Positions 38,978 to 55,142 are shown, counted from the first letter of the stretch. The stretch: 64,000 nt of DNA from Eledone cirrhosa (GCA_964016885.1 OZ024750.1:13950001-14014000), one strand, 5' to 3'. Notes: a model not told the origin generated them from the sequence alone. Made by a program: numbers and translations.

Positions 38978-39018
38978 CCGAGCTGAAGATCCGCATAAGG
39001 TGAAACAATTGTTCTCGG
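38978..39018 (+). ncRNA. Minimal type I hammerhead ribozyme
   Basis: Stem I CCGAG/CTCGG; CTGAAGA; stem II T-CC-GCATAA-GG-T; GAAAC-AATT-GTT (palindrome AACAATTGTT); GUU site. Confidence 0.7.
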
Positions 39019-39044
39019 TATGGTGAACTAACTGTTGTGTTACT

Positions 39045-39169
<125 letters not shown>

Positions 39170-39297
39170 ATGTAGGAGGTGAGTTTTATTGTAGTACAAT
39201 AAAGCAATGCAGATATCGGATAAGAAGCACTCTACAGTTTGTAGGACTGGAGTATACATAATATATAAGATCAAAAGATGGTTAAAAGAGTTCCATG

Positions 39298-39368
39298 TAT
39301 TTTATTATGCGCATTTCAAAAACAAATATCATCATGCAATAACATTTGTGTTTTCATCAGATAAAATA
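39298..39368 (-). ncRNA. Type I hammerhead ribozyme (inverted copy)
   Basis: Reverse complement of 39427-39497; arms about 39261-39368 / 39427-39534. Confidence 0.75.
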
Positions 39369-39426
39369 TGTTGATTTAAAACTGCACTATCCACAAGTGT
39401 TTTTTAACCTTCATATCATGTCTTCC

Positions 39427-39497
39427 TATTTTATCTGATGAAAACACAAATGTTATTGCATGATGATATTTGTTTTTGAAATGCGCATAATAAAATA
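39427..39497 (+). ncRNA. Type I hammerhead ribozyme
   Basis: Stem I TATTTTAT/ATAAAATA; CTGATGA 39435-39441; long stem II; GAAA 39478-39481; palindromic TGCGCA; AUA site ending 39489. Confidence 0.78.
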
Positions 39498-39525
39498 CAT
39501 GGAACTCTTTTAACCATCTTTTGAT

Positions 39526-39564
<39 letters not shown>

Positions 39565-39715
39565 GTGTTAAACAATATTCAATGAGTATGTCAAAGAATG
39601 AGATTTACAGTAGATTGGAAGCACTCTACGAATAATAATTTTCCGGAGTTATTAATATTAAATATAAATATTAATAAAGAACATCTATTTTATTAATATT
39701 TATATTTAATTTATA

Positions 39716-39769
<54 letters not shown>

Positions 39770-39905
39770 TTGGGGAGGGTCATATTGTTGTAATAATATT
39801 GCCAGAAATAATAACAGAACACACTCACTGTTTGGTTGGTTTTCGCTTCTGTATCTTTTATATCTCCATAGTTAATTTATTTGGCAATCAACGTTTATCA
39901 CAATA

Positions 39906-39983
<78 letters not shown>

Positions 39984-40073
39984 TATATGTATAGTATATT
40001 TGTCAATATACTCCTAATATATATATATATACGACATTAAACAAATGGAAACTATATTTATAAAACCATATTT

Positions 40074-40137
40074 ATTTCATTATACATATTTCAGGGATAC
40101 CATATTAAAAATATGGCATGCCTTCGTCAGATAAAAT
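40074..40137 (-). ncRNA. Type I hammerhead ribozyme (inverted copy)
   Basis: Reverse complement of 40151-40214; arms about 40026-40137 / 40151-40261. Confidence 0.75.
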
Positions 40138-40150
40138 ACAATATATAACC

Positions 40151-40214
40151 ATTTTATCTGACGAAGGCATGCCATATTTTTAATATGGTATCCCTGAAAT
40201 ATGTATAATGAAAT
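40151..40214 (+). ncRNA. Type I hammerhead ribozyme
   Basis: Stem I ATTTTAT/ATGAAAT; CTGACGA 40158-40164; stem II AGG.ATGCCATATT/AATATGGTAT.CCT; GAAA; TATGTA; AUA site ending 40207. Confidence 0.78.
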
Positions 40215-40399
40215 AAATATGGTTTTATAAATATAGTTTCCATTTGTTTAATATCGTATATCTACTCCAAAAACTTGTCGAGTGCTTTATATCAGTTATA
40301 AAATATTTACTTGTTGTAACCCAACAATTTTAAATAAAACTTTTGCATATATATAGTACCACTGATAATGTCAGAGATGTGTAACGAAAGAACTTTGAT

Positions 40400-40444
<45 letters not shown>

Positions 40445-40646
40445 GTATATATATACATATATATATCTGTATTTTTAACCGTTGGTCAATCAATGATAAA
40501 CATTCATTGCCAGATAAATTAACTATGGAGCTATAAAAGATACAGAAGCGAAAACCAACCCAAATCAAACAGCGACTGTGTTCTATTATTATTCCTGACA
40601 ATATTATAACAATATGACCCTCCCCAAATATAGCAACACACACGCG

Positions 40647-40677
<31 letters not shown>

Positions 40678-40703
40678 GTGTGTGTATATATAAATATATA
40701 TAT

Positions 40704-40770
40704 AGCTCAAGCCGTTTCGACGGCTATTTCTGGAAATAGCCGTCGAAACGGCTTGAGCTCTGCCGTTTTT

Positions 40771-40772
<2 letters not shown>
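40704..40772. mobile_element. Mini fold-back of the GGAACCAGGTGGACC family (half-hammerheads) inside (TA)n
   Basis: AGCTCAAGCCGTTTCGACGGCTATTTC-TG-GAAATAGCCGTCGAAACGGCTTGAGCT. Confidence 0.75.
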
Positions 40773-40828
<56 letters not shown>

Positions 40829-40875
40829 TATATATGCATATATACATCTCTCTCTCTCTCTCTTTCTGCCCCCCC

Positions 40876-40907
<32 letters not shown>

Positions 40908-40959
40908 CGAACTTTACAAACAGAAACGCGTTAATATTAATGAAAATTCAAGGAAGATG

Positions 40960-41433
40960 ATGTTGGTGGTGAAGGTAGTGGTGGTGGTGGTGGTGGTGGT
41001 GGTGGTGCCAGTGGTGGTGGTGTTGATGGTGGTGGTGGTGGTGGTGGTGGTGCCAGTGGTGGTGGTGTTGATGATTGTAATAAAGTAATACACGTGGTGG
41101 TGATGGTGGTGGTGGTGGTGGTGGTGGTGGTGGTGCCAGTGGTGGTGGTGGTGGTGGTGCCAGTGGTGGTGGTGTTGATGGTGGTGGTGGTGCCAGTGGT
41201 GGTGGTGTTGATGATTGTAATAAAGTAATACACGTGGTGGTGATGGTGGTGGGGAGGACTATGGCGGCGGTGGTGGCGTTGATGACGATTGTGATGAAGG
41301 TGGCGGCGGTGTTGATGGTGTAGGTAAGGGAGGAGGTGGCGGTGGTGTTGATGGTGGTGCGTAAGGGAGGTGGTGGTGGTGGTGTTATTGCTGTTATTAA
41401 AAACATTTAATATTCCAGTTGTGCTCCCTGGCA

Positions 41434-41490
<57 letters not shown>

Positions 41491-42072
41491 CGCACCTCTT
41501 AATTTTTTTAATATATTCATCATCATCATCTTCTTCTCTCCAAACCACCTTCCCACCACCACTAACGCCACCATCGTCACCATCACCACCACCATCAGCA
41601 GCAGCAGTAACACCACCACCACTACTACCACCACCACCACCACCACTACCACCACCGTCACCACCATCACCACCGACACCACCGTCACCGCAGCACTACC
41701 ACCACCATACCACCACCATGCCATCACCACCACCACCACCACCACCACCACCACCACTACCACCACCGTCACCACCATCACCACCGACACCACCGTCACC
41801 GCAGCACTACCACCACCATACCACCACCACTATCACCACCACCGCCACAACCACTCCCTCCACCATACCACCACCATGCCATCACCACCACCACCACCAC
41901 CACCACCACCACCACCACCACCACCACCACTACCACTACCATACCGCCACCACCACCACCACAACCACCATTACCATCGCCACAACCACTCCTCCACCAC
42001 CACCACCACCGTAACCCCCCCGTCATAACCCCCACCCCCACCATACCCCCACCCCCACCCCCACCACCACTA
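40960..42072. repeat. (GGT)n array, (GTT)n, then (ACC)n array
   Basis: Direct reading; includes internal larger duplicated units. Confidence 0.92.
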
Positions 42073-42298
42073 CTAATGTCTTTGTTACGCTGTTAATGTC
42101 TGCCCTATCTTATCCGGTTTGCAAAGCGATGCAAAAGCTGTGTGTTCACGTAGACAATACGGAAAGGCGGTACTGGCGTCCGGGACGCAAAACCGTGAAG
42201 TTATTGCACCGGAAATTGCCAGGTGCTGCTGCAATAGTACTGCAGTTAATGCTATGTAATGCTTTCAACAACATTGACAACAATAACAACAACAATAA

Positions 42299-42680
42299 TG
42301 GTTTCTTATATAGGCACAAGGCCAGCAATTATCTCAGTGTATTACTGGTACTTTATTTTATCGACCCCGTAAGGATGAAAGGCAAAGTTAGCCTCAGCGG
42401 GATTTGAACTCAGATCATAAAGGGACATAACTCTATGCTTCAAAGCATGGCGTCCGACTCTCTACCGATACTGCCAATCCACCGCCCTAGAAATAATAAT
42501 AATTGTTTCTATTTTTAGTCACAAGGCCATTAATTACCCAGTGCATTACTGGTACTTTATTTTATAGACCCCGTAAGGATGAAAGGCAAAGTCAACCTCA
42601 GCGGGATTTGAACTCAGATCGTAAAGGGACGTAACTATGCTGCAAAGCATGGCGTCCGACTCTCTACCGATACTGCCAAT
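42299..42680 (-). mobile_element. Two tandem SINE A copies
   Basis: Family consensus on the minus strand; further copies at about 27825-27990, 28186-28420, 43163-43348, 49882-50298 and 52303-52452. Confidence 0.82.
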
Positions 42681-42717
42681 AATAATAATGTCAATACTGT
42701 AGTCGCAAATCATCGTC

Positions 42718-43092
42718 AACACCACCACCACCACCACCACCACCACGACTACAAGCTCCACTACTACCACCATCATGACGACCATCACCAACACCACCAC
42801 CACTACAAACTCCACCACTACAAACTCTACCACTACCACCACCACCACCACCACCATCAAAATGACGACCCCTCCCCTCACTATCACGACGACGACAACC
42901 ACCACTACTAACTCTACCACTACTACCACCACCACTACTACAAACTCCACCACCACCACCACCACCACCACCACCACCACCACGATGATGACGACGACGA
43001 CGACCACCACCACCACAACCACCATCACCTTCACATCAAGTATTACGAAGAACCATGTCATGATACTACTACTACTACTACTACTACTACTA
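42718..43092 (+). repeat. (ACC/ACT/ACG)n trinucleotide mosaic
   Basis: Direct reading. Confidence 0.9.
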
Positions 43093-43460
43093 TTTAAGAA
43101 TACTGGTTCCAGGTTCATGTGGTAATCATTTATATTGCTTCTGAATATATACAGTATTTAATAATTGTTTCTACTTTTTGGCACAAGGCCAGCAATTACC
43201 CAGTGTATTACTGGTACTTTATTTTATCGACCCCGTAAGGATGAAAGGCAAAGTTAACCTCGGCGGGATTTGAACGCTGAATGGCAAGGGCCGTAACTCT
43301 ATGCGTCAAAGCATGGCGTCCGACCCTCTACCGATACTGCCAATCCACAATAATATTTTGTTATTCTCTACTAAATTGGACATAACATAAACATTTATTA
43401 AACATGATGTATTGAAATATGGAAAGCCACTCCACGTTTTAATAGAATTCTTTCTTGTCG

Positions 43461-43500
<40 letters not shown>

Positions 43501-43796
43501 TACTTGCTGACATGTACCATTGTTCCGTGTTCCCCCTTCTATCGGTAGGTCTTTTCTTTTATTCCTTTTTTTCTTCTTCTCCCTTTTTTCTTTTCTTTCT
43601 CTCCCTCATGGCCTTTTGTTAGATAAAAGGCTATGGGCGGGCTACGGATAGATGTATAGTTAATAATGCGCCGAAACATCTGTAACCCGTAGTTAACTAC
43701 TGACGAAGGGAGACTGTCCACCTCTTGTTTGTGTCTCCTTACCTTCTAACACCAGTAACCACAGTAACCACACAGCCCCTCCTCTCATCCATATTT

Positions 43797-43836
<40 letters not shown>

Positions 43837-44490
43837 ACTCTCCCGTCGATTCGATTTGGTGCAGGTGACAGGATCTTGAACAGAGCAGACTGGAATGTCC
43901 GACCGGACCCTGGTGTCACATTTTATTTCACAGAGGTGGGCTGAACGAGATTTCTCAAATATATATGATGGCAGCAAACTCTGCTAAGAGTACTGCAATC
44001 GCTTGTCAGGTTATAGAATTTGGTGCACGTTTAGGCTATAGCCAGTCACACAAACCTGTAACAGACCCTGAACAAGCAATGTCTGTGCTTTGAAGGATTT
44101 TTAAGTGGAGAAAGGTCTTGCACTCGACCAACCCCACTCTCTGAGCATCGCAAACAAACCTGAATAGGAGAACTAGTCAACATCATCGGATGTTTCCGAA
44201 GCCGCAAGTTTTTTTTCAGAGTTTCCCTCTTTTAGAAAGGTGTTGTGACAACAACTGGGGGCCTTTTACTCCAAGGTTTAAAAAAAAAATACTATTTGGA
44301 TGGCCATTGACTCTGCTGAGTTCTTCCGCCCTTTGCCGGGTCTTGCTTTTCATCCCGCAGGGTGTCCAAATATCACCCATTATAGATTATGACACATATA
44401 TATCCGTACGTGGTTGACGGCTTAGAGAAAGGAGTAGTCAACACCGAAGCAGACTTTTGATATTCATTTATAATAAGGCTAAAATGTCAG

Positions 44491-44540
44491 TCTTGTTACT
44501 TTGGAGTTTCGCCAGTTTATCACAGGGTCATCAGACAAGA
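44491..44540 (-). ncRNA. Type I hammerhead ribozyme
   Basis: Minus strand reads TCTTGT-CTGATGA-CCCTGTGATAAACTGGC-GAAAC-TCCAAA-GTA-ACAAGA: 6-bp stem I, imperfect stem II, GUA site. Confidence 0.68.
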
Positions 44541-44942
44541 ACGGTTTCACAGTTCTTATGATTTTCAAAAGTAAAATTGAGATAGAGGATTTGTTTCTGT
44601 TGTGGTGTGTCTCCAGAACCACAAACCCTCCATCTTAAACCTTCCATTTATTTTTGAAAATCATAAGAACTGTGAAACCAGTAAAGTAAATAAATATTCT
44701 TAAAAGACTCCAATTGCATTTCCAATTTCTTTTCGTTATGTTTTTACCCGTGTGGGACTTTCTAAAAAAACCTTACCCCCCCCTCTCTCTCTCTCTATAT
44801 ATATATATATATGCAAAAGTTCTATTTAAATTGTTGGGATACAACAAGCAAATATTATTATAACTGATATAAAGCACTCAACAAATATTTGGAGTAGATA
44901 TACAATATTAATAAATGGAAACTATATTTATAAAACCATATT

Positions 44943-45007
44943 TATTTCATTATATATATTTCAAGGATACCAAGTTAAATCATGGTATGCCTTCATCAGA
45001 CAAAATA
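44943..45007 (-). ncRNA. Type I hammerhead ribozyme (intact arm of a fold-back element)
   Basis: Minus strand reads TATTTTGT-CTGATGA-AGGCATACCATGATTTAACTTGGTATCCTT-GAAA-TATATA-TA-ATGAAATA. Confidence 0.72.
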
Positions 45008-45013
45008 CAATAT

Positions 45014-45072
45014 TATTTTGTCTGATGAAGGCATACCATGATTTAACTTGGTATCCTTGAAATATATATAAT
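45014..45072 (+). ncRNA. Hammerhead ribozyme interrupted by a SINE
   Basis: CTGATGA 45022-45028 and GAAA 45059-45062; the stem I 3' strand is displaced by the SINE insertion. Confidence 0.62.
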
Positions 45073-45251
45073 TGTTTCTACTTTAGGCACAAGGCCAGCA
45101 ATTACCCAGTGCATTACTGGTACTTTATTTTATCGACCCCGTAAGGATGAAAGGCAAAGTCAACCTCGGCGGGATTTGAACTCAGATCGTAAAGGGACGT
45201 AACTATGCTGGAAAGCATGGCGTCCGACCCTCTACAGATACTGCCAATCCA
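45073..45251 (-). mobile_element. SINE A with 16-bp TSD
   Basis: TTGAAATATATATAAT at 45057-45072 and 45252-45267. Confidence 0.88.
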
Positions 45252-45309
45252 TTGAAATATATATAATGAAATAAATATGGTTTTATAAATATAGTTTCCA
45301 TTTATTAAT

Positions 45310-45724
<415 letters not shown>

Positions 45725-45818
45725 ATGTATTAATAATATATATATATATATATGTATGTGTATATAAATCTATAGATACCTGTCCGTCTGTACATATTTG
45801 ATGCATCCTTATAGTTAC

Positions 45819-45895
<77 letters not shown>

Positions 45896-46059
45896 TCTCA
45901 CACCGCCAATATATTCTGTGATGCATTGCTAGAATAACACAAAGAAATTGTGCCAATCACAAGATGGGGAAACGCCCTGTCCAACATCCAGTGAAAGATG
46001 GAGTTGGTTGTAAAGTTGACGTGGAGGTGTTTTGTGGAGGTGTTATGTGTGTGAACTAA

Positions 46060-48424
<2,365 letters not shown>

Positions 48425-48563
48425 GCCTATTAAATATGACAGTCAATCAATGTAAAAGAGGCGTGGCTTGTTTCTAAGCTAGCCATGATACCACGTCACA
48501 TTTTTCTATTATGCTTGTCAGACAGAGAGGCTCGTTCTATATAGTTATGAATGAATGGAGAGG

Positions 48564-48806
48564 CACATACGTACACATACGTACACATACGTACACATAC
48601 GTACACATACGTACACATACGTACACATACGTACACATACATACACATATGTACACATACGTACACATACGTACACATACGTACACATATGTACACATAT
48701 GTACACATACGTACACATACGTACACATATGTACACATACATACACATATGTACACATACGTACACATACGTACACATTCGTACACATACATACACATAC
48801 ACATGT
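48564..48806 (+). repeat. 10-bp tandem repeat (GTACACATAY)n
   Basis: About 23 units. Confidence 0.95.
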
Positions 48807-49047
48807 ACGCACTTTCTCTGTCTCTCTCTCACACACACCTATAATAAACTTTGTGTGTATGTATGTATGTATATATATATATGTATGTGAATATATATAT
48901 ATATATATATGTGTGTATATATATATATATATGTGTGTGGTTATCTTTGCATAAACAATTAGACAAATAAAGATATGATTAAGTATGCAGACACAAATAT
49001 TTGAGTACACACAAGTTACACACACCTCCTGTACACACGTAAACACA

Positions 49048-49120
<73 letters not shown>

Positions 49121-49213
49121 ACATACATACATTTATATATATATCGACATATATATATACGCATACACTCACACATATATGTATATATGTGTGTATGTAT
49201 ACTTACATTTATG

Positions 49214-49291
<78 letters not shown>

Positions 49292-49450
49292 TATATTACA
49301 CACACACACGCACACACATATATATATATGTATCTCTCTCTCTCTATATATATATATACATGCATATATATATACACATATATGTAAATACACACACACC
49401 CCTACATATATAGATACACGCCCATACATGCATAGAAATGTATGTATGTG

Positions 49451-49499
<49 letters not shown>

Positions 49500-49516
49500 A
49501 TGTGTGTGCATGCGTG

Positions 49517-49553
<37 letters not shown>

Positions 49554-50732
49554 CGTGTCAATATGAATGAGGACTATCAGGTGACCGAAAACTAGGTCGT
49601 TGTATTCGAATGGCCTATGTTCTCTGTTCTGGCCAAGCAAAGTCTTTAAATCTTCACTAAACCTTCAAAGTTATCCGCAATATACATTTGACATTTTCTT
49701 TTCAACCCTTTTAACATTCTGAGTTCAAATCCTGCTGAGGTCAACCTTGCTATTCATAATTTCGGAGTGGATAAAATAAGGTACCAGTCATGTAATTGGG
49801 GGTAATACATAGGTGACATTACAGACTTTTGAATTGCTGGTTTCCTGCCAAAATTCCAAACTTATACTATTAGAAGTATTAAGGTGGTGGATTGGCAATA
49901 TCGGTAGAGCATCGGGCAACTCTTCGTGACATAGAGTTACTGTAGACCTTTACGTTCTGAGTTCAAATCATGCAGAGGTTAGCTTCGCTTTTTATCCTGA
50001 CGGAGTCGATAAAATAAAGTACCAGTAACACACTTGGGTCGATTTAATCGACTTTCCCCTCACCCCTCAAATTGTTGGCCTACTACCTAAATCGAAACCA
50101 TTATTAGGGTGGTGAATTGGCAGTATCGGTAGAGGGTCGGATGCCATGCTTTGACGCATTGAGTTACGGCCCTTGCCATTCTGAGTTCAAATCCCGCCGA
50201 GGTTAACTTTGCCTTTCATCCTTACGGGGGTCGATAAAATAAAGTACCAGTAATGTACTGGGTAATTGCTGGCCTTGTGCCAAAAGTAGAAACAATTATT
50301 TGGGTGATGTATTGACAGTATTGGTAGAGCGTTGACAACATGAAGGCTGTTTCCTATTATTTTAAGCATTAAACTAATATATTTCTTCATTGTACTGTAT
50401 CGTTTGCTTTGTTATTTCTGTTTACTTTTTACATGCATACACACACACATATATATATATACGTATATATATATATTTTGACGCTATAGTCACTTATATA
50501 TTATGAAATACTGTTGGCTTCTTGCTCACAATAATTTCTATACTTTTCATTTATATATATTATATATATGTATATATATATTATGTATCTATCTATGTAT
50601 CTATCTATCTATTTAACCCCCCCCCTCTCTCTATATATATATATATATAAATTAGGTAGTAACATGTGCTTACGCCGTATTTGACTAAATAGAATAAGTC
50701 TGTTGGGATTTTTAAAAAACCCTCTGAATGGA

Positions 50733-50844
<112 letters not shown>

Positions 50845-50894
50845 GCATGCCTAGAATCAACAACACGTACCACTGTTGTTGAAATATTTTTATA

Positions 50895-50987
50895 CCATCT
50901 AACTGACGAGTTCGGGCCGAGGGATTGGGTAGGAAGAGCATTATCTAGGCGTTGAAGCCCAGCGAAATATATATATCATGGATATGG
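50895..50987 (+). ncRNA. Type I hammerhead ribozyme with enlarged stem II
   Basis: CTGACGA 50903-50909; stem II GTT.GGGC/GCCC-AGC closing a ~40-nt insert; GAAA 50964-50967; palindromic TATATATA; AUC site; stem I imperfect at the first pair. Confidence 0.6.
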
Positions 50988-51069
50988 AAATAGACTTACC
51001 TAGAAATGCATTTGGCATTCGATCTACTTAATATTATATAAAGTACCAGTATATTATATAAAGTACCAA

Positions 51070-51450
51070 GGGCGGTGGCTTGGCAGTATCGGTGGAGGGT
51101 CGGACGCCATGCTTTCCAGCCTAGTTACGTCCCTTTACGATCTGAGTTCAAATCCCGCCCAGGTTGACTTTGCCTTTCATCCTTACGAGGTCGATAAAAT
51201 AAAGTACCAGTAATGTACTGGGTGTTTGCTGGCCTTGTGCCAAAAGTAGAAACAATTATATGTATATATAATTGTTTCTACTTTTTGGCACAAGGCCAGC
51301 AATTATCTCAGTGTATTACTGGTACTTTATTTTATCGACGCCGTAAGGATGAAAGGCAAAGTTAACCTCGTCGGGATTTGAACTCAGATCGTAAAGGGAC
51401 GTAACTACGCTGGAAAGCATGGCGTCTGACCCTCTACCAATACTGCCAAA
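51070..51450. mobile_element. Tail-to-tail inverted pair of SINE A copies
   Basis: + copy about 51070-51258 and - copy about 51271-51450, separated by a short TA spacer. Confidence 0.85.
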
Positions 51451-51550
51451 CTGACCACTCCCCGTGAAAGAGAAGAAAAACAACAAACTTTTAAGATATT
51501 TTGCTTAGATTTTAAAAACTTTTTTTTGCTTTGACTGCATGACCATATAT

Positions 51551-51667
51551 GGACTGTAGCCCTTGATAAGCTCAGCTAGATTCCCGCCGTTCTAATACTG
51601 GTGGCCCGATTCGACAGTTAGTTCTGAACTGGCTGTCGAAACGGCCGGAGCTCAGCCGTCGGGGTCC
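51551..51667 (+). ncRNA. Full-length hammerhead of the GGAACCAGGTGGACC family (U3-A8 core variant, long stem II)
   Basis: Stem I GGAC..CCC/GGG-GTCC; TTGATAA 51563-51569; stem II CAGCTAG/CTGGCTG with insert; GAAAC 51638-51642; stem III GGC/GCC; GUC site 51658-51660. The element body continues to (TA)n at about 51760. Confidence 0.62.
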
Positions 51668-51758
51668 TGACACTTTTCCTATTACCCACTCTACTACCCA
51701 TAGTATCGAGTACTCTGGTGCGTTATGGTCCACCTGGTTCCTTACCACACTTCCTTCG

Positions 51759-51889
<131 letters not shown>

Positions 51890-51929
51890 ATATATTAATA
51901 AATGGAAACTATATTTATAAAACCAGATT

Positions 51930-51995
51930 TATTTTATTATACATATTTCAAGGGCAACCAAGGCAAATTATGGTGCGCTTTCATCAGATAAAATA
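51930..51995 (-). ncRNA. Type I hammerhead ribozyme
   Basis: Minus strand reads TATTTTAT-CTGATGA-AAGCGCACCATAATTTGCCTTGGTTGCCCTT-GAAA-TATGTA-TA-ATAAAATA. Confidence 0.72.
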
Positions 51996-52185
51996 CAGAT
52001 TTGTTTTATAAATAAATATTGACATACCCGGAAAAAAGACAACCTTAATTTTTAAGCTTCTGGAATCCCAACAAATTAAATATAACCTCTGCATATGTAT
52101 ATATATATATATTCTGGTGGTAGCCCAGTGCTGGTTCTGTCCTCTATTCTTTTAGCTGTCACACCGTGGATGTTCTCCGAATCAA

Positions 52186-52275
<90 letters not shown>

Positions 52276-52748
52276 GGACTTGTATGCGAATAGGGATACA
52301 TTATGCTTTCCAGCATAGTTACGTCCCTTTACGATCTGAGTTCAAATCCCGCCGAGGTTGACTTTGCCTTTCTTCCTTACGGGGTCGATAAAATAAAGTA
52401 CCAGTAATGCACTGGGTAATTGCTGGCCTTGTGCCAAACGTAGAAACAATTATATGTGTATATGCATAAATGCATATACAGTCATAATATGTTTCTGTGA
52501 ATATATATTTCTTTATATATACGTATACATAAACACACACACAAACACACACATATATATATATATATAGGATGTCCCCTCGCCCACACCAAAATGTGTA
52601 CACACTTCAACAGCATTATAATAAATATGTGTATACATTTTTTTGGGACACCCAGTATGTATAGTTGATAAATGAAATAAAATAAACACAGGGATGTAAA
52701 AATAGAGTCTTATTAATGAGTGTGTTTGCGTTACTATATGTATAAGTA

Positions 52749-52785
<37 letters not shown>

Positions 52786-52885
52786 ATATACATATGTATG
52801 GTATATATATATATATTATATATATATATGGTATATATATATATCATACCTATACATATACTAACGCAAACCACATATATAATAT

Positions 52886-52943
<58 letters not shown>

Positions 52944-52996
52944 ATATATGTATATATATATATGATATATATGTATATATGTATATATATATATAA

Positions 52997-53034
<38 letters not shown>

Positions 53035-53304
53035 CAACAGCAAATAACATGATTATAGATTGTTATGTATCTGGCTAAATTTATGATTCATTGTATTGAG
53101 GTGAAGATGGATGGGGGCTGGGCGGGGCGGGGGTGGGGGCTAGGGCGGGGAGGGGGGGGGGGCTGGGGTGGAAAGAAGAAAGAAGATAAAGAAGAAAAGA
53201 AGTGGAGCAAAAAATAGTTGAATATAATGGTCTCACCCGACGCTCACACGCAGACGCACATACACATGCATACAAATGCACACACGCGTACACACACTCA
53301 TATA

Positions 53305-53405
<101 letters not shown>

Positions 53406-53418
53406 ATATATATGTATA

Positions 53419-53572
<154 letters not shown>

Positions 53573-53663
53573 AATGTATATGCATATATATATGTATATA
53601 TATATTATATATATAAATAAATATTTATATATAAATATAAAATTATATATATTTATACACACT

Positions 53664-53696
<33 letters not shown>

Positions 53697-53866
53697 CTTT
53701 ATACATCGAAATTTGCAGTCTATATATTTACACGTTTGTATATACATGCGTCTATATTTTTAGGTAGAAATGCAGACAGCCAAACACTTTCACACACAAA
53801 CACTTAATACAGCTGTAATACACACACACACACACACACGCACACACACACAGGCACACACACTGG

Positions 53867-53898
<32 letters not shown>

Positions 53899-54105
53899 GG
53901 CACACACATACACCCCCCATACACACGCACACACACACATATATACGTGTATATATAGATGATTTCGTTCGTATGAAATAATTCAGGAATGTATCTCTGA
54001 TGATTTCATACATTTTAATATTTTTAACTGTTGTCACCGAGAATCCACCTATTATAATATATATATATATATATATGTATGTATATATATATATATATAT
54101 GTATG

Positions 54106-54180
<75 letters not shown>

Positions 54181-54195
54181 ATATATATATATATG

Positions 54196-54370
<175 letters not shown>

Positions 54371-54485
54371 ACTTTATATATATTTATATAACATGGATGT
54401 TCCTAGCTGCTATCTAGTCTCTTTCTCTCTCTCTCAGTATATATATACATATGTCAATATATACATATATATATATACATATATG

Positions 54486-54575
<90 letters not shown>

Positions 54576-54592
54576 CATATATATATATATAT

Positions 54593-54630
<38 letters not shown>

Positions 54631-54927
54631 CTCTCTAAGAGCCTATTAACGCCAGACGTATTTTGATTAAAGAGTCATATATATTTTATTTGTTTAAATA
54701 ATAAATATTTCTTCTGAAATAATACAGTCGTTTACATTTACACAATCAGCCGATATTCTTTCGCTCTCATTTACTCATCTATGTATATATATATACATAT
54801 ATATATACATATATATATACATATATATGCACACACACGCTTACATATATGTACATACATGCATACATATATATACATACATACATACCTTTACACCAGT
54901 ATATATTTATGTATTTATGTGTGTATG

Positions 54928-54959
<32 letters not shown>

Positions 54960-55007
54960 CATATTCATATATATATATATATATATATACACATACACAG
55001 ACATATA

Positions 55008-55102
<95 letters not shown>

Positions 55103-55142
55103 TATATATATAATATATATATGTATATATATGTGTATTTTC

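Noticed and set aside
43925-44015. Possible exon (ttcacag|AGGTGGG...CAG|GTTATA)
   Set aside because: Translation matches nothing I recognise, the donor is weak and no partner exons were found.
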